From: Bacteroidota bacterium
Lineage (GTDB): Bacteria > Bacteroidota > Bacteroidia > Cytophagales > Cytophagaceae
Reading direction: 5' to 3'
Length of the DNA stretch: 64,000 nucleotides
Assembly (NCBI GenBank): GCA_023391415.1
Contig: JAEWAY010000010.1
Location: 8,363-72,362, forward strand
Part shown: piece by piece, positions 48,804 to 59,516 of the stretch
Numbering within the stretch: position 1 is the stretch's first letter
Layout: the number at the start of each line of letters is the position of its first letter
Program-made: the position numbers and the translations under genes
The notes under the pieces: model-generated
Database searches by the model: none
The model's input: only the letters and a program-made list of their open reading frames with translations
Told to the model about the DNA's origin: nothing

Positions 48804-49442
48804 ATGGCAACATTAAGACTTGGAGACGTGGCTCCCGACTTTACCGCGGAAACCACTGAAGGCACTATCAACTTTCATGAATGGATTGGTGACAAATGGT
48901 GTGTATTGTTTTCACATCCCGCGGACTATACTCCAGTATGTACCACTGAATTGGGCATGGTTTCCCGTTATAAAAAAGAGTTTGACAAACGCGATACAAA
49001 AGTAATCGCCGTAAGTGTGGATCCTCTTGATTCGCATAGAGGCTGGGTAAAAGATATCAACGAAACGCAAAGCTGCGTGGTGGATTATCCAATCATAGCG
49101 GATCCGAATCGTAAAGTGGCCACGCTGTACGATATGATTCACCCGAACGCCAATGAAACGTTTACCGTACGGTCGGTATTTATCGTAGGACCGGATAAAA
49201 AGATTAAACTTACTCTGACCTATCCAGCTTCTACCGGAAGAAACTTTGACGAGATACTAAGGGTTATCGACTCGCTACAACTGACTGCCAACTACTCAGT
49301 GGCGACTCCGGCCAACTGGAAAGATGGCGAGGACGTAGTTATTTCTCCCGCTATCAAAAACGCGGACATTCCGGCCAAGTTTCCCAAAGGCCATAAAGAA
49401 ATAAAGCCCTATCTGCGTACGACGCCGCAGCCCAATAAATAA
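48804..49442 (+). CDS. 1-Cys peroxiredoxin (Prx6 type)
   Basis: FSHPADYTPVCTTE active-site motif. 212 aa. Confidence 0.9.
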   Translation: MATLRLGDVAPDFTAETTEGTINFHEWIGDKWCVLFSHPADYTPVCTTELGMVSRYKKEFDKRDTKVIAVSVDPLDSHRGWVKDINETQSCVVDYPIIADPNRKVATLYDMIHPNANETFTVRSVFIVGPDKKIKLTLTYPASTGRNFDEILRVIDSLQLTANYSVATPANWKDGEDVVISPAIKNADIPAKFPKGHKEIKPYLRTTPQPNK

Positions 49443-49451
49443 TCTATCGAC

Positions 49452-49483
49452 AAAACCCCGGATACCCGGGGTTTTATTTTTTT
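49452..49483 (+). terminator. intrinsic terminator
   Basis: AAAACCCCGG-atac-CCGGGGTTTT followed by a T-rich run. Confidence 0.7.
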
Positions 49484-49653
49484 ATGTAATGGGAAAAAAA
49501 TATGTCCCATTTTACCCTGCAAGTTGTCATTTTTTACATCCTTTCTGATTTGTTTCTGTATTAGTTTTGTACTGTTATCAGATCGCTGTCAAGCCAACAT
49601 TAATATAAGAAATCAACAATGGAATCTTATCATAACTCTTAGAAGCAATAACT

Positions 49654-50043
49654 ATGAACTCCGCTATCCAGGATTATAACGACTCGCGAGCAGGCGAGGA
49701 AAAGACCATATGCGACCTATTGGCATATGAGATCAGCGATTGCCTGCCCGACGCGGAAAACAAAATATGGCACGCCCATCCGGTATGGTTTCTGGAAGGA
49801 AACCCCATAATCGGGTACAGTAAACTGAAAGACTGCATACGCCTGCTTTTCTGGAGCGGCCAGTCTTTTGAAGAAGAAGATTTGCAAAAAGAAGGGAAAT
49901 TTAAGGCTGCCGAAGTTCGATATACTTCCCCTGATCAGATTAAAAGGGAAGATTTGCGTCGCTGGCTTAAAAAAGCGAGAGAGATTCAATGGGATTATAA
50001 GAATCTTATCAAACGGAAGGGAGTACTCGAACGATTAAAATAA
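49654..50043 (+). CDS. DUF1801-like protein
   Basis: WHAHPVWFLEGNPIIGYSKLKDCIRLLFW pattern resembles the YdhG/DUF1801 family. Assigned from memory only. Confidence 0.55.
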   Translation: MNSAIQDYNDSRAGEEKTICDLLAYEISDCLPDAENKIWHAHPVWFLEGNPIIGYSKLKDCIRLLFWSGQSFEEEDLQKEGKFKAAEVRYTSPDQIKREDLRRWLKKAREIQWDYKNLIKRKGVLERLK

Positions 50044-50047
50044 CCGG

Positions 50048-50341
50048 ATGATGGTCAACCCAAAAACGTCGCGCGTATGTGAAAAAGGGCACCAGTACTA
50101 CAAGTCTTCGGACTGTCCTACCTGCCCGGACTGTGAACGCGAACGAGCCCCGGAATCCGGATTCCTTTCCAAACTCAGCGCTCCCGCGAGACGGGCTCTG
50201 GAACATGAGAATATTCTGACTCTGCAAAAACTGGCCATATGGTCCAAAAAGGAGGTACTCGCGCTACATGGTATAGGTCCCGCTTCGATTCCGATACTTG
50301 AAAAAGAACTGAAAATGGCTGGACTTGGGTTTAGGGAATAA
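50048..50341 (+). CDS. zinc-ribbon plus helix-hairpin-helix (RpoA-CTD-like) small protein
   Basis: CEKGH...CPTCPDC ribbon, then an HhH-like LSAPARRALEHENILTLQKL...LHGIGPASI. Confidence 0.55.
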   Translation: MMVNPKTSRVCEKGHQYYKSSDCPTCPDCERERAPESGFLSKLSAPARRALEHENILTLQKLAIWSKKEVLALHGIGPASIPILEKELKMAGLGFRE

Positions 50342-50607
50342 AATAATTTCACTATATCCGTATTATACACGCGTATTTGTCCATTGTAATAATTAAAAAC
50401 GCGCATACTTTAAGCCATTGCAGGATGAACCCTGAGGAAAAGAACGGCAAGAATAAGGTACCTTATTTCTTGCCGTTTATATAATTTCCTGTTTACTTTT
50501 TCCTCTGCGAATATGCACTAAAGGATTAAATAAACGACAAAGCCCGGATATTCCATGCTTGTTGTTTATTGAGTTCTTTCATAGAGAAAATCATGCTATA
50601 CATAAGG

Positions 50608-53600
50608 CTATCGAACCAACAGTTTCATGTTACGATACCCACCCTGCCCAGTATGTATTTGTACCATATAAAATCCCGAAGACAACTTCGGTATTAATTT
50701 TTTGTCCCCCTCAAAAAAAGTTTCACCAGTTATTCCCAATATCCTGACATATTTCACTTCCTCCTCGCTATCGATCGTAAAACTTCCATCATCACTCGGA
50801 TTGGGATATATAGACACAAGGAAGTCAGATGAGGTAGAGGCGACTAAGGAAGTAACCGGAACCGTTCCCTTGAGATATACATAAAAGTCAAAGCCGCTGG
50901 CCTGCTCAAATACACCACAGGTATTGGCAACCGCGTAGCCTGGTTCACTGATTAAATAACGAAGCCTGGACAAGCCTGTACCCATATTATCAGGCAACTG
51001 GAAACGAAATGTGCCGGAACAAGCAAAATCATCTGCCATTCTTTCTACTACAATCTCCTCTTCTGAAAACTCGCTATCTCGGTTCACATCCAGATATACC
51101 CGGATATTTCTTTGACTTCCGGAAGACCCTGTCTCGCAAGGATATTTTAACGAAACAAACAAGTCGTAGGTAGCGTCATGGTATAAGGTATCGACAGGGT
51201 TATAGAGATATGGAAATTTGAATTTATTATTGTCAGAGCAATTGGATATCCCTCTATATAGAATCTGCTTCCTTTTCCCATCTTTCGTCTGCCAGACATA
51301 GGACAGAGGTTCAATACAATTGCTATTCTTAAATTCGGGGGTGCAGTAGCCCTCAAAATCCTCGATTGTCAATGTATTGGAAAGTAACTCACCTCCAAGT
51401 GAACGTATTTGGTATTTCAGCAGTGTATCCACCTCCATCAGACGAATGTCTTCATAGTAGCCATTGGTCAGAAGAATCGTGTCCAACCTCAGGATATTGT
51501 TAACGTTGCCATTATAGGATCTGTACAGCAAGGCTTTTATTCCATCCATACCGTTTTCGACATTCCATTCAAGTCTGGGAACATTCCCTTCATACGCCCC
51601 ACTCAATTGAAAAATGACGTCAGTGCCAGCGTCATCTACCTCGACCAAAGCCGTATTGCTCAGCAACGCTCCATTAATGGCATCTTTTATGACATAGAAA
51701 TATGTTCCATTTGAGCCAACCAGATCCGACAAGGTTAATTGATCCAGACGAGGCGTTCCTATCAGCAAAAGAGTTTCCGCGGATCTTCCGCGATAAACAT
51801 TTACACGCGTTTCCCCAGCAATATTATCGTAAGACCAGACCAGTTTATTTAGGTAGGAGCCCTGACGTACAGCGGACAATACCACTGGCAGGCTGTTGAG
51901 TCTATCTTTAATTTCTATTTCATAATCTTTGGTTTCACCCAGAGAAAGAGCTTTGCAAGCTGTCATTTTGGAATCATTGCTTATACGAACCCTCAATCCG
52001 GTAAATCCCGGAAGCGCTTCATCCGGAACATAAATTGTCCCGGTATAGGTGGTACCGGACGAGACAAGTTGAAACTCCTCGTTCGCGTCATCAAAATCAC
52101 CGTCCTGATTAAAGTCAATCCAGGCTTTTACCCTAGCGAGATAATACGAACCATTTCTTGTTTTCTGCTTTATACTAACGGTATAAAGACTTCTTTTGTA
52201 CATTGAAGTGGCCGCTCCTTCATACAGTTGATATCCGCTTTGGGAGCATGTTTCCGACTGCCGGAACTTTGTTTCTCCCTGAATAGTTATTTCCTCCGTT
52301 TCATATTCAGCATTGCAAGCCGAAATAAAAGAAGGGACGCAATAAGTATAGGAATCTATTTGGGTACTGACAGTATTGCTTAGAAGGGCTTGATCATTAA
52401 GATTTCTCAAGAAATAGGTGTATTCGCCATTCCCAAATACCGGTAACTGGTATGCCAACTGATCGACCGACAGAGTATCCAGCACCCTTGTTTCTTGTCC
52501 GTTGTCCATGTATATGGTAACCATCGATCCCTGCGGCAATCCGCTATTAGTCCATCTGAGTTTAGCATCATCGCCGATTGTAAGCTGGAGAGGGTAATTT
52601 GAAGGACGATCGCTGACTTCGATCAGGTAATCCTGAGTTTCTCCATAAGAAGTATTTCCACAAGCCGATATGGAGGCGTCTCCGGAATCCACAATTCTAA
52701 TCCGTGCTCTTTTGATACCTGGTTTTACGGAAGTATTCATGATTAATCTGGCAACATAGGCGTTCATAGCTGATGAATAGTTGACCATCCAGCGTTCATT
52801 TTCTTCATCAAAAGTTCCGTCTTCGTTCAGATCGATCCATAACAATACCTTGAAGAGAGGGAAAATGACGCCTTTTGTCATCTGTGTCACTTTTAATTGA
52901 TAAGGGATTTCCTTGTACATGGCAATCGTATCCGCGAAGTAAAAGTCATACGCGTAATCGGAGCATTCACTTATATGTTCAAGTTTTGTTTCGCCGTAAA
53001 ATCCAACGCTCTTGATTCCGATATAAGGATATTCTCCATTATATGTATAATTGTCCTGCAGGCATTGCTTGTTATTGAGCGGAAAGCAATAGCTTTCAGA
53101 GGTAGTATAACTGGCTGCCACGCTAAAACCATCAGGCGAATTTAAAGGCTTTAATCTAAAGTAATAGGTCGTATGATTCTTTAGATTTTCTACAATGACA
53201 TCCCTTGAAGCAGCAGATATAATGGAGGAAAAATGGAAATTCTGATCATTGCCCTCTGAAATTTCCAATACATAGGCCAAAGCGTCAGTCTGGCTGTCTT
53301 TCCATTTCAAACGAACTCCATAGACAGGGTCGGCAACAGCTACCAGATCAACAGGCGGCAGAAGGCTTCCGCAGGTATTTGTCCATCTGGAACGGACTGG
53401 TAAATCTTTGTAACTCCGCATCAATTCATTCTGATCTGAGGTAAACTCTTCGGGCTTGCAACCATTGTAGTAAGACATAATGTTGTTCAACATTGGTTGA
53501 TACCTATCACCGTTCAGGTCATATAATTCTTCGGTATAAACACAGCCCGGAAAATACACCGGACCGCCAGGAACATGAGGATCCGCGGGAGTATCGCAAA

Positions 53601-54264
53601 GATAGTCGCCCGCGTTCTCACAGTTAGCCCCGGCACCCCTCGTCACCAATTCCCTAAGAGCAATGTTCGCGTTGTTACTATTATTGAAGGTATGCTGAAG
53701 ACCGTAAAAATGGCCCATTTCATGGGTCAGCGTATATTCATCCGAAGCCTGGCTCATATATATCCGCAAAGGACCATAAGGTAGATAGGCAAAACCGCCC
53801 ACCTCAGATCCATTCCTTTTGACAGACCTGTAATAAATCACGTTGATGGCGTCAGGCTCTTCCTCTCCGATAGGCAAATCTGTGGAACTGTCATCGGACG
53901 AAAAGCGATAGGTAAGATCCGACGCGATATAATTGATTTGCCCGCATAGGTAAAACTGGATGTTTATTTGGGCAAAATGACGATTCATTAAAGTAAACGA
54001 TTCCATAAATCGCGGCATATTTACACCTCCTTCACCATCGCTTCGGGTCATCACATGCAGCTTTACGGGTACGTACATAGTAGATCCAGAGGTGACGCGC
54101 TGTCCGGATGCCGTTTTTCTTACTTGGCGCAGGGTTTCCAGATATGAGATTTGCTCTTCTTCTGTCATATGAAAACCGCACTGGGCATATCCTTCACCTG
54201 TCCACTGGAAGAAAAAGAACAAAATTCCCAATAGGGTAAATAAATTTTTTGTTGAACGCGACAT
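50608..54264 (-). CDS. secreted M43-like (pappalysin/cytophagalysin) zinc metalloprotease with a T9SS C-terminal sorting domain
   Basis: Signal peptide, HEMGHFYGLQHTF (HExxHxxGxxH), repeated beta-rich modules, and a C-terminal Por-type tail (SIYPNPSDDGSFTI...GFYMVQIHT...MKLLVR). Confidence 0.8.
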   Translation of the reverse strand: MSRSTKNLFTLLGILFFFFQWTGEGYAQCGFHMTEEEQISYLETLRQVRKTASGQRVTSGSTMYVPVKLHVMTRSDGEGGVNMPRFMESFTLMNRHFAQINIQFYLCGQINYIASDLTYRFSSDDSSTDLPIGEEEPDAINVIYYRSVKRNGSEVGGFAYLPYGPLRIYMSQASDEYTLTHEMGHFYGLQHTFNNSNNANIALRELVTRGAGANCENAGDYLCDTPADPHVPGGPVYFPGCVYTEELYDLNGDRYQPMLNNIMSYYNGCKPEEFTSDQNELMRSYKDLPVRSRWTNTCGSLLPPVDLVAVADPVYGVRLKWKDSQTDALAYVLEISEGNDQNFHFSSIISAASRDVIVENLKNHTTYYFRLKPLNSPDGFSVAASYTTSESYCFPLNNKQCLQDNYTYNGEYPYIGIKSVGFYGETKLEHISECSDYAYDFYFADTIAMYKEIPYQLKVTQMTKGVIFPLFKVLLWIDLNEDGTFDEENERWMVNYSSAMNAYVARLIMNTSVKPGIKRARIRIVDSGDASISACGNTSYGETQDYLIEVSDRPSNYPLQLTIGDDAKLRWTNSGLPQGSMVTIYMDNGQETRVLDTLSVDQLAYQLPVFGNGEYTYFLRNLNDQALLSNTVSTQIDSYTYCVPSFISACNAEYETEEITIQGETKFRQSETCSQSGYQLYEGAATSMYKRSLYTVSIKQKTRNGSYYLARVKAWIDFNQDGDFDDANEEFQLVSSGTTYTGTIYVPDEALPGFTGLRVRISNDSKMTACKALSLGETKDYEIEIKDRLNSLPVVLSAVRQGSYLNKLVWSYDNIAGETRVNVYRGRSAETLLLIGTPRLDQLTLSDLVGSNGTYFYVIKDAINGALLSNTALVEVDDAGTDVIFQLSGAYEGNVPRLEWNVENGMDGIKALLYRSYNGNVNNILRLDTILLTNGYYEDIRLMEVDTLLKYQIRSLGGELLSNTLTIEDFEGYCTPEFKNSNCIEPLSYVWQTKDGKRKQILYRGISNCSDNNKFKFPYLYNPVDTLYHDATYDLFVSLKYPCETGSSGSQRNIRVYLDVNRDSEFSEEEIVVERMADDFACSGTFRFQLPDNMGTGLSRLRYLISEPGYAVANTCGVFEQASGFDFYVYLKGTVPVTSLVASTSSDFLVSIYPNPSDDGSFTIDSEEEVKYVRILGITGETFFEGDKKLIPKLSSGFYMVQIHTGQGGYRNMKLLVR

Positions 54265-54369
54265 ATATTTTTAACTTATTATAGATTTAAGATAAGCGTT
54301 ATTGTCAGATAACTTGCTCTTAATGAATAGCTATGAGACTCCGGAATACTTTTTGAGATTTACAGGATA

Positions 54370-55869
54370 TTATAAAGCTTTAAACTTTACACCCATAGAA
54401 GGAGAAATTTTTAATAAAGCTGGTGTAGGACCTGAGGTTATGACCTTAACAGGAGTCTGGTCTTCATAATACTCCTGATGGAAATTGCCCAATACTTCCA
54501 GCGTTTCTCCGCTAACTCCAAAATAAACTTTCGCGTTCTCACCTTCCGTCCAGTCTTTTGTCTTTAAAATCGGAAAATACTGCCCATCTCCGAGTTTGCC
54601 CGTCTTGTCAAGACTCATCGCAAAGAAATATTGCCATTTTTTTTGGCCTTTGGTATCACAGGCGCAAAATCTAAAATCCCTTGTAGCTACCAGATAGTAG
54701 CCATCCCGATTTTGATTAGGAAGGATATCGAGCCACCCCTGTCCAAAAATATCCTCGAAACAAAGTGTATTTTTTCTTCCGGCATCCTCAAACGAATTGA
54801 CATCTACCTCCCATGACTGCACAGATTCTATTTTACCTTCTTTGAATTCGAGTAAGTGAAATGAATTCGAGTTGGGATTTTTGACGCCCAGTGTTTGATT
54901 ATTAATCATGGCGATACAATACCTGTTCTCCTGTCCTGGCAAAAATTTGAGGTATTTCACCTTTAATCTGTTCGTTGAAAAAAATCTATTGTCCAAAGCG
55001 GAAGTTGACAGTCCGGTGTTCGTGTTAATGTTCAACCACATAAATTCATTTTCAATAGCCGCGCTACCTCTTGAGCAATCTATGCAGTTATTGATCATCA
55101 GGGAAACTGTCTGCCCAGAGAATGCAAGAGCACGCACAGTCGTCTTTTTATATTTTTTGTAATCCTTCAAGTCAAAAGTCTTTATCAAATTAAACGATTT
55201 GTCATAAAGCATTACTTTCTGTTCACCGGTAGCATAGGTCAACGCGTCCAAAAAAAGCTCCTGTGACTGAAACACTATATAGCTGCTATTGTCCTCGTTA
55301 GATAGTATCCGCGTGGTATACTTTTTCCCGGGAATTGATGAATCCATAAGAGACTTAGGAGCACCTACGGGCTTAAACGACTTATCCAGCTTCTGACACA
55401 CCAGAAAAGAATGCTTGGCCATATCCCCTGTCCTGTTTACAAGTGTATAGGAAAACGATGTTTGTCCGCTCGCTGCTCTATTTCCCGACGCTTCGGATAT
55501 AAACTCAGCGCTTCCTATATCATAGACCACGTAAAAAGATCCGTCCGCGCTCAAAAAAAGTTCTCCCCGGTTTACAGCCTGGATTGATTTCAATTTTACG
55601 CCCTCCGGCATAAGGATGTCAATCGGATATTCCTTAATCATCTTGTAATCCTTCTCACTATATACCCTGACTATAGGTCGGAGCATCTCATCCGACCTGC
55701 CAAAACCAAGTTTGTAGATTTTACCCTCTGAAACGATCGCTGTTTGGCTCCGACTCAGTCCTTTCATAAAAATTTCCTGGTCATATGTGCCGGATTGCGC
55801 TGTCAGACGATCGGAAACACCCATCACTATGATGAGTAAAAGCAGAAAATATTTGAGTTTAGTGTTCAT
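54370..55869 (-). CDS. secreted hypothetical protein
   Basis: Start chosen at MNTKLKYFLLLLIIVMGVSDRLTAQ, which is a signal peptide. No family recognised. Confidence 0.55.
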   Translation of the reverse strand: MNTKLKYFLLLLIIVMGVSDRLTAQSGTYDQEIFMKGLSRSQTAIVSEGKIYKLGFGRSDEMLRPIVRVYSEKDYKMIKEYPIDILMPEGVKLKSIQAVNRGELFLSADGSFYVVYDIGSAEFISEASGNRAASGQTSFSYTLVNRTGDMAKHSFLVCQKLDKSFKPVGAPKSLMDSSIPGKKYTTRILSNEDNSSYIVFQSQELFLDALTYATGEQKVMLYDKSFNLIKTFDLKDYKKYKKTTVRALAFSGQTVSLMINNCIDCSRGSAAIENEFMWLNINTNTGLSTSALDNRFFSTNRLKVKYLKFLPGQENRYCIAMINNQTLGVKNPNSNSFHLLEFKEGKIESVQSWEVDVNSFEDAGRKNTLCFEDIFGQGWLDILPNQNRDGYYLVATRDFRFCACDTKGQKKWQYFFAMSLDKTGKLGDGQYFPILKTKDWTEGENAKVYFGVSGETLEVLGNFHQEYYEDQTPVKVITSGPTPALLKISPSMGVKFKAL

Positions 55870-56387
55870 AATAACTATTAAAAGTATTCCAAAATTAAAA
55901 ATACACAGCAATATACTAACATATATCCAGCCGTTTGTCAAATACACGCGTTAATTATTTGCTATGTAAAATAAATACTCCGGGATCCCTGGAAAATAAT
56001 TATCATTTTCATTAACAAGCAAAATTTAAGCTTAATGATGTATTTACATTCTCGAAATAGCCCCATGAAAAATGTTCTGTATCCGGGTTTAGAGATGTGT
56101 TTGGTTTTTTTCCTGTAATGCGCGGACTATGAATAATGACATCAAGTACAAGCAATTTCAGCAACGTAAAAAGCAGTCTCTACAGGGAAAAAATCTTTCG
56201 GACCAAAACCATTTTTCGGCCAATCCCTTGATCCTGTTTTCAAAATCCACTCTTGCCTTGTAATTCATTTACTGTACCTGTAGCAAGATTTTAAATCAGC
56301 TTGTTTATATAAAAACTCAGGCACGCGCTATTCCTCCATGGAAGCCGCGTGCCTGACTCAGATTTATTTATCAATCTCTATTCTCCT

Positions 56388-59312
56388 CTATCGGATCATC
56401 GCCTCATACAATATTTCAATTGTATGACGGGCTGTCCTGCCTGTACCATCATGAATCTGATGACGGCAACTGGTACCGGGAGCAGCGATCAGCGTATCCT
56501 CGGAGGCATCGCGTACCGCCGGAAACAGCACTAGTTCTCCTACCTGCATGGATACATCGTAATGCTCTTTTTCATATCCAAAGGAACCGGCCATTCCGCA
56601 GCAGCCACTGGGAATTACTTCTACCTTGTAATTGGCTGGTATCGACAACATTTTCTGGCTAAAGGCGACGGAGGAAAGCGCCTTCTGATGGCAATGACCA
56701 TGCAGTTTAACAGTCTTTGGCGCATCGGTAAAACGATCAGCGGAGATTCTGCCTTTTTCAAACTCCGACGACAAAAACTCATCGATCAGAAACGCGCGGG
56801 AAGCGATCGCGCGCGCGGCGTCCTTGTCCGAAACCAGCGACGGGTACTCATCTCTGAAAGACAGAATAGCCGAAGGCTCAATTCCCAGCAAGGGCGTGCC
56901 TGGCGTCACGATATCCTTTAGCGCCTTCACATTCCGCTCGGCAATCTTTTTGGCTTGACGTACGAGCCCTTTGGACAAATAAGTACGCCCGCTTTCCAGA
57001 TGCTCCGGTATCTCTACCTCGTATCCCAGCCGGGTAAGAAGTTTTACCGCCGTAATTCCAAGATACGCCTCGTTGTAGTTCGTATATTCGTCGCAGAAAA
57101 GATATACCTTGGAAACAGGATTAGCTGGCTGAAGCGCTTTTAAGTTCTTTTTCGCCCAGCGACGTAAAGTAATCGGCGATAAGGGCGGCAATGGTCTTTT
57201 GGTAGACATGCCCAGTATTTTTTTGAGCAGAGCGCCTGTCAACGCGTTGCCCTGGACGAAATTGGCCAACCATGGCCAATAGGTATTGAGCGCGTTGATC
57301 CTGGAAATATTGGCGATCATCCATGAGCGGAAGGGCACTCCATTGGCATCATAATAGTTCTGCAAAAACTCCGCTTTGAGTGTCGCGACATCGACGTTGC
57401 TGGGGCACTCGGATTTGCACCCTTTACAAGACAGGCAGAGATCCATGACATCGTAGATCTCTTGATGATCAAAGGCGTTGACCTTTTCAGAGCGGGTCAG
57501 AAACTCCCTCAGGATGTTGGCTCTGGCGCGGGTTGTATCCTTTTCATTACGGGTGGCCATATAGCTGGGACACATGGTCCCGCCGATCTTGTGCGATTTG
57601 CGGCAGTCTCCGGAACCATTGCATTTTTCGGCCATACGCAAAATACCATCCGTCTCCGCGAAATCAAAAACAGTATTGAAACTTCTGGTCTTTTGTCCGG
57701 ATTCATAGCGCAGGCTTTCGTTCATCTTGGGCGCGTGAACGATCTTATTGGGATTGAAGATATTTTCAGGATCCCAGGCTCTCTTGAGATCGCAAAGTAT
57801 CCTGTAATTTTTCTCTCCCACCATTTTGGACAAAAACATGCCGCGCACCCGGCCATCGCCATGTTCACCACTCAGCGACCCTCTAAACCGCTTGATCAGG
57901 TCGGCGACGTCGTTGGTTATTTTGTAATACAATTCCCGATCTGTAGGATCCTTAAGATTGAGCAAAGGGCGCAGGTGCATTTCTCCATCCCCGATGTGAG
58001 CGTAGAAAACCGCGTCCTTATCGTATTTTTTCAGAATTTCCTTGAATCCTTTGGTATACTCCAACTGGTCATAGACACTGACCGCGGTATCTTCGATACA
58101 GGCTACGGCTTTTGTATCCGGGTCGCCCGGTACATTGGCCAGCAATCCGAGGCCCGCTTTGCGCAACGCCCAGATCTTTTTGACGTCCGAGCCATAAATC
58201 ACCGGAAAATGGAAGCCCAGATTCATACCGCGCAGATGGTTTTCCATGGCCGCCGCGATCTGTTCAATTTCCTCCCTGCTATCCCGGGCAAACTCTACTA
58301 CGATAACAGCGCCGGGATCTCCGTGTATAAAGAAACGATTCTTTTTTTGCTCGATGTTGGTCTTGGTACATTCCAGAATCTTATCATCGAGCAACTCAAT
58401 GGCCCCAGGCTTAAACTTGAGCGCTTCCACTGTCGCCAGACAGGCTTGCTCCACTGTGTCAAGATGAATAGCCACCACTCCTTCAATAGCCGGAGGCAGG
58501 TCTACCAGGTTAAGCTTTATTTCAGTAGTAAACGCCAGCGTACCTTCCGACCCCGCCAACAGCTTGCAAAAGTTAAAAGCAGGTTTCCCTTCTGTATATC
58601 TATTGGTTTCGAGCAGCTCATCTATGGCGTAGCCGGTATTTCTGCGCCGTATCTCCGGTTTGGGAAACTGATCGCGTATTTCCCGCTGTATTTCCGGATC
58701 TGACAAGGTCTGATCTACAAAGCGATAGACTTCCCCTTCAAGAGTTCCGAGTTGTTTTTTCGCCTCAAACGTCGCCGCATCAACTTCCTTGAATATGGCT
58801 TCATTGCCATCCGCCATGATGGTTTTCAGTTCCAATACATGGTCCCTGGTTGTGCCATAAAGAATAGAATGCGCTCCGCAAGAGTTGTTTCCGACCATGC
58901 CTCCCAGCATGCATCGGGTAGAAGTACTGGTTTCGGGTCCAAAGAAAAGGCCATACGGCTTAAGGTGCATATTCAGCTCATCCAATACGACTCCCGGTTG
59001 CAGACGAACCCATTTTTCTTCCTTGTTTACCTCCAGTATGGAAGTCATGTATTTGGAAACGTCGACGACTATTCCCTTACCTACGACCTGCCCTCCGAGC
59101 GAAGTACCGGCGGTACGCGGAATCAGTGAAGTTCTGAACGAACGAGCGAAACTTACCAGTTTCTTAATGTCCTCCGCCGATTTTGGCCTCGCCACCGCCA
59201 TAGGTACTTCCCGAAAATCGGAAGCGTCCGTCGCGTATAAACGGCGATACATTTCATCGGTAAACAAGTCTCCTTCCAGAGACTTCTTCAATTCTTCTAA
59301 TTTTGCAAGCAT
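56388..59312 (-). CDS. FAD-binding plus Fe-S (GlcD/GlcF-fusion type) oxidoreductase
   Basis: N-terminal FAD-binding PCMH domain (IPRTAGTSLGGQ), central 2x[4Fe-4S] motifs (CLSCKGCKSECP), C-terminal CCG-type Cys-rich domains. Confidence 0.85.
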   Translation of the reverse strand: MLAKLEELKKSLEGDLFTDEMYRRLYATDASDFREVPMAVARPKSAEDIKKLVSFARSFRTSLIPRTAGTSLGGQVVGKGIVVDVSKYMTSILEVNKEEKWVRLQPGVVLDELNMHLKPYGLFFGPETSTSTRCMLGGMVGNNSCGAHSILYGTTRDHVLELKTIMADGNEAIFKEVDAATFEAKKQLGTLEGEVYRFVDQTLSDPEIQREIRDQFPKPEIRRRNTGYAIDELLETNRYTEGKPAFNFCKLLAGSEGTLAFTTEIKLNLVDLPPAIEGVVAIHLDTVEQACLATVEALKFKPGAIELLDDKILECTKTNIEQKKNRFFIHGDPGAVIVVEFARDSREEIEQIAAAMENHLRGMNLGFHFPVIYGSDVKKIWALRKAGLGLLANVPGDPDTKAVACIEDTAVSVYDQLEYTKGFKEILKKYDKDAVFYAHIGDGEMHLRPLLNLKDPTDRELYYKITNDVADLIKRFRGSLSGEHGDGRVRGMFLSKMVGEKNYRILCDLKRAWDPENIFNPNKIVHAPKMNESLRYESGQKTRSFNTVFDFAETDGILRMAEKCNGSGDCRKSHKIGGTMCPSYMATRNEKDTTRARANILREFLTRSEKVNAFDHQEIYDVMDLCLSCKGCKSECPSNVDVATLKAEFLQNYYDANGVPFRSWMIANISRINALNTYWPWLANFVQGNALTGALLKKILGMSTKRPLPPLSPITLRRWAKKNLKALQPANPVSKVYLFCDEYTNYNEAYLGITAVKLLTRLGYEVEIPEHLESGRTYLSKGLVRQAKKIAERNVKALKDIVTPGTPLLGIEPSAILSFRDEYPSLVSDKDAARAIASRAFLIDEFLSSEFEKGRISADRFTDAPKTVKLHGHCHQKALSSVAFSQKMLSIPANYKVEVIPSGCCGMAGSFGYEKEHYDVSMQVGELVLFPAVRDASEDTLIAAPGTSCRHQIHDGTGRTARHTIEILYEAMIR

Positions 59313-59516
59313 CGGTTAGTAAGAGTACATAATTATCGTGAATCTCCAAATTTACGAGAAAGATAGAAGCTATTCCGATAAAAAATCGGGGAAATAGTAA
59401 ATTGCGGAGCTTTTTATATAAAAGCTTTCTCGAAACTCCGGAATCGCTATCGCCGAATCCGTGTTTTACTTTGTAAGGCATTAGTATAAATTATACATTT
59501 TCAGCAACTAATCGGA

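Noticed and set aside
57462-58703. 413-aa plus-strand ORF.
   Set aside because: It is antisense to the 974-aa FAD/Fe-S oxidoreductase, which has clear cofactor-binding motifs. It is a shadow ORF.
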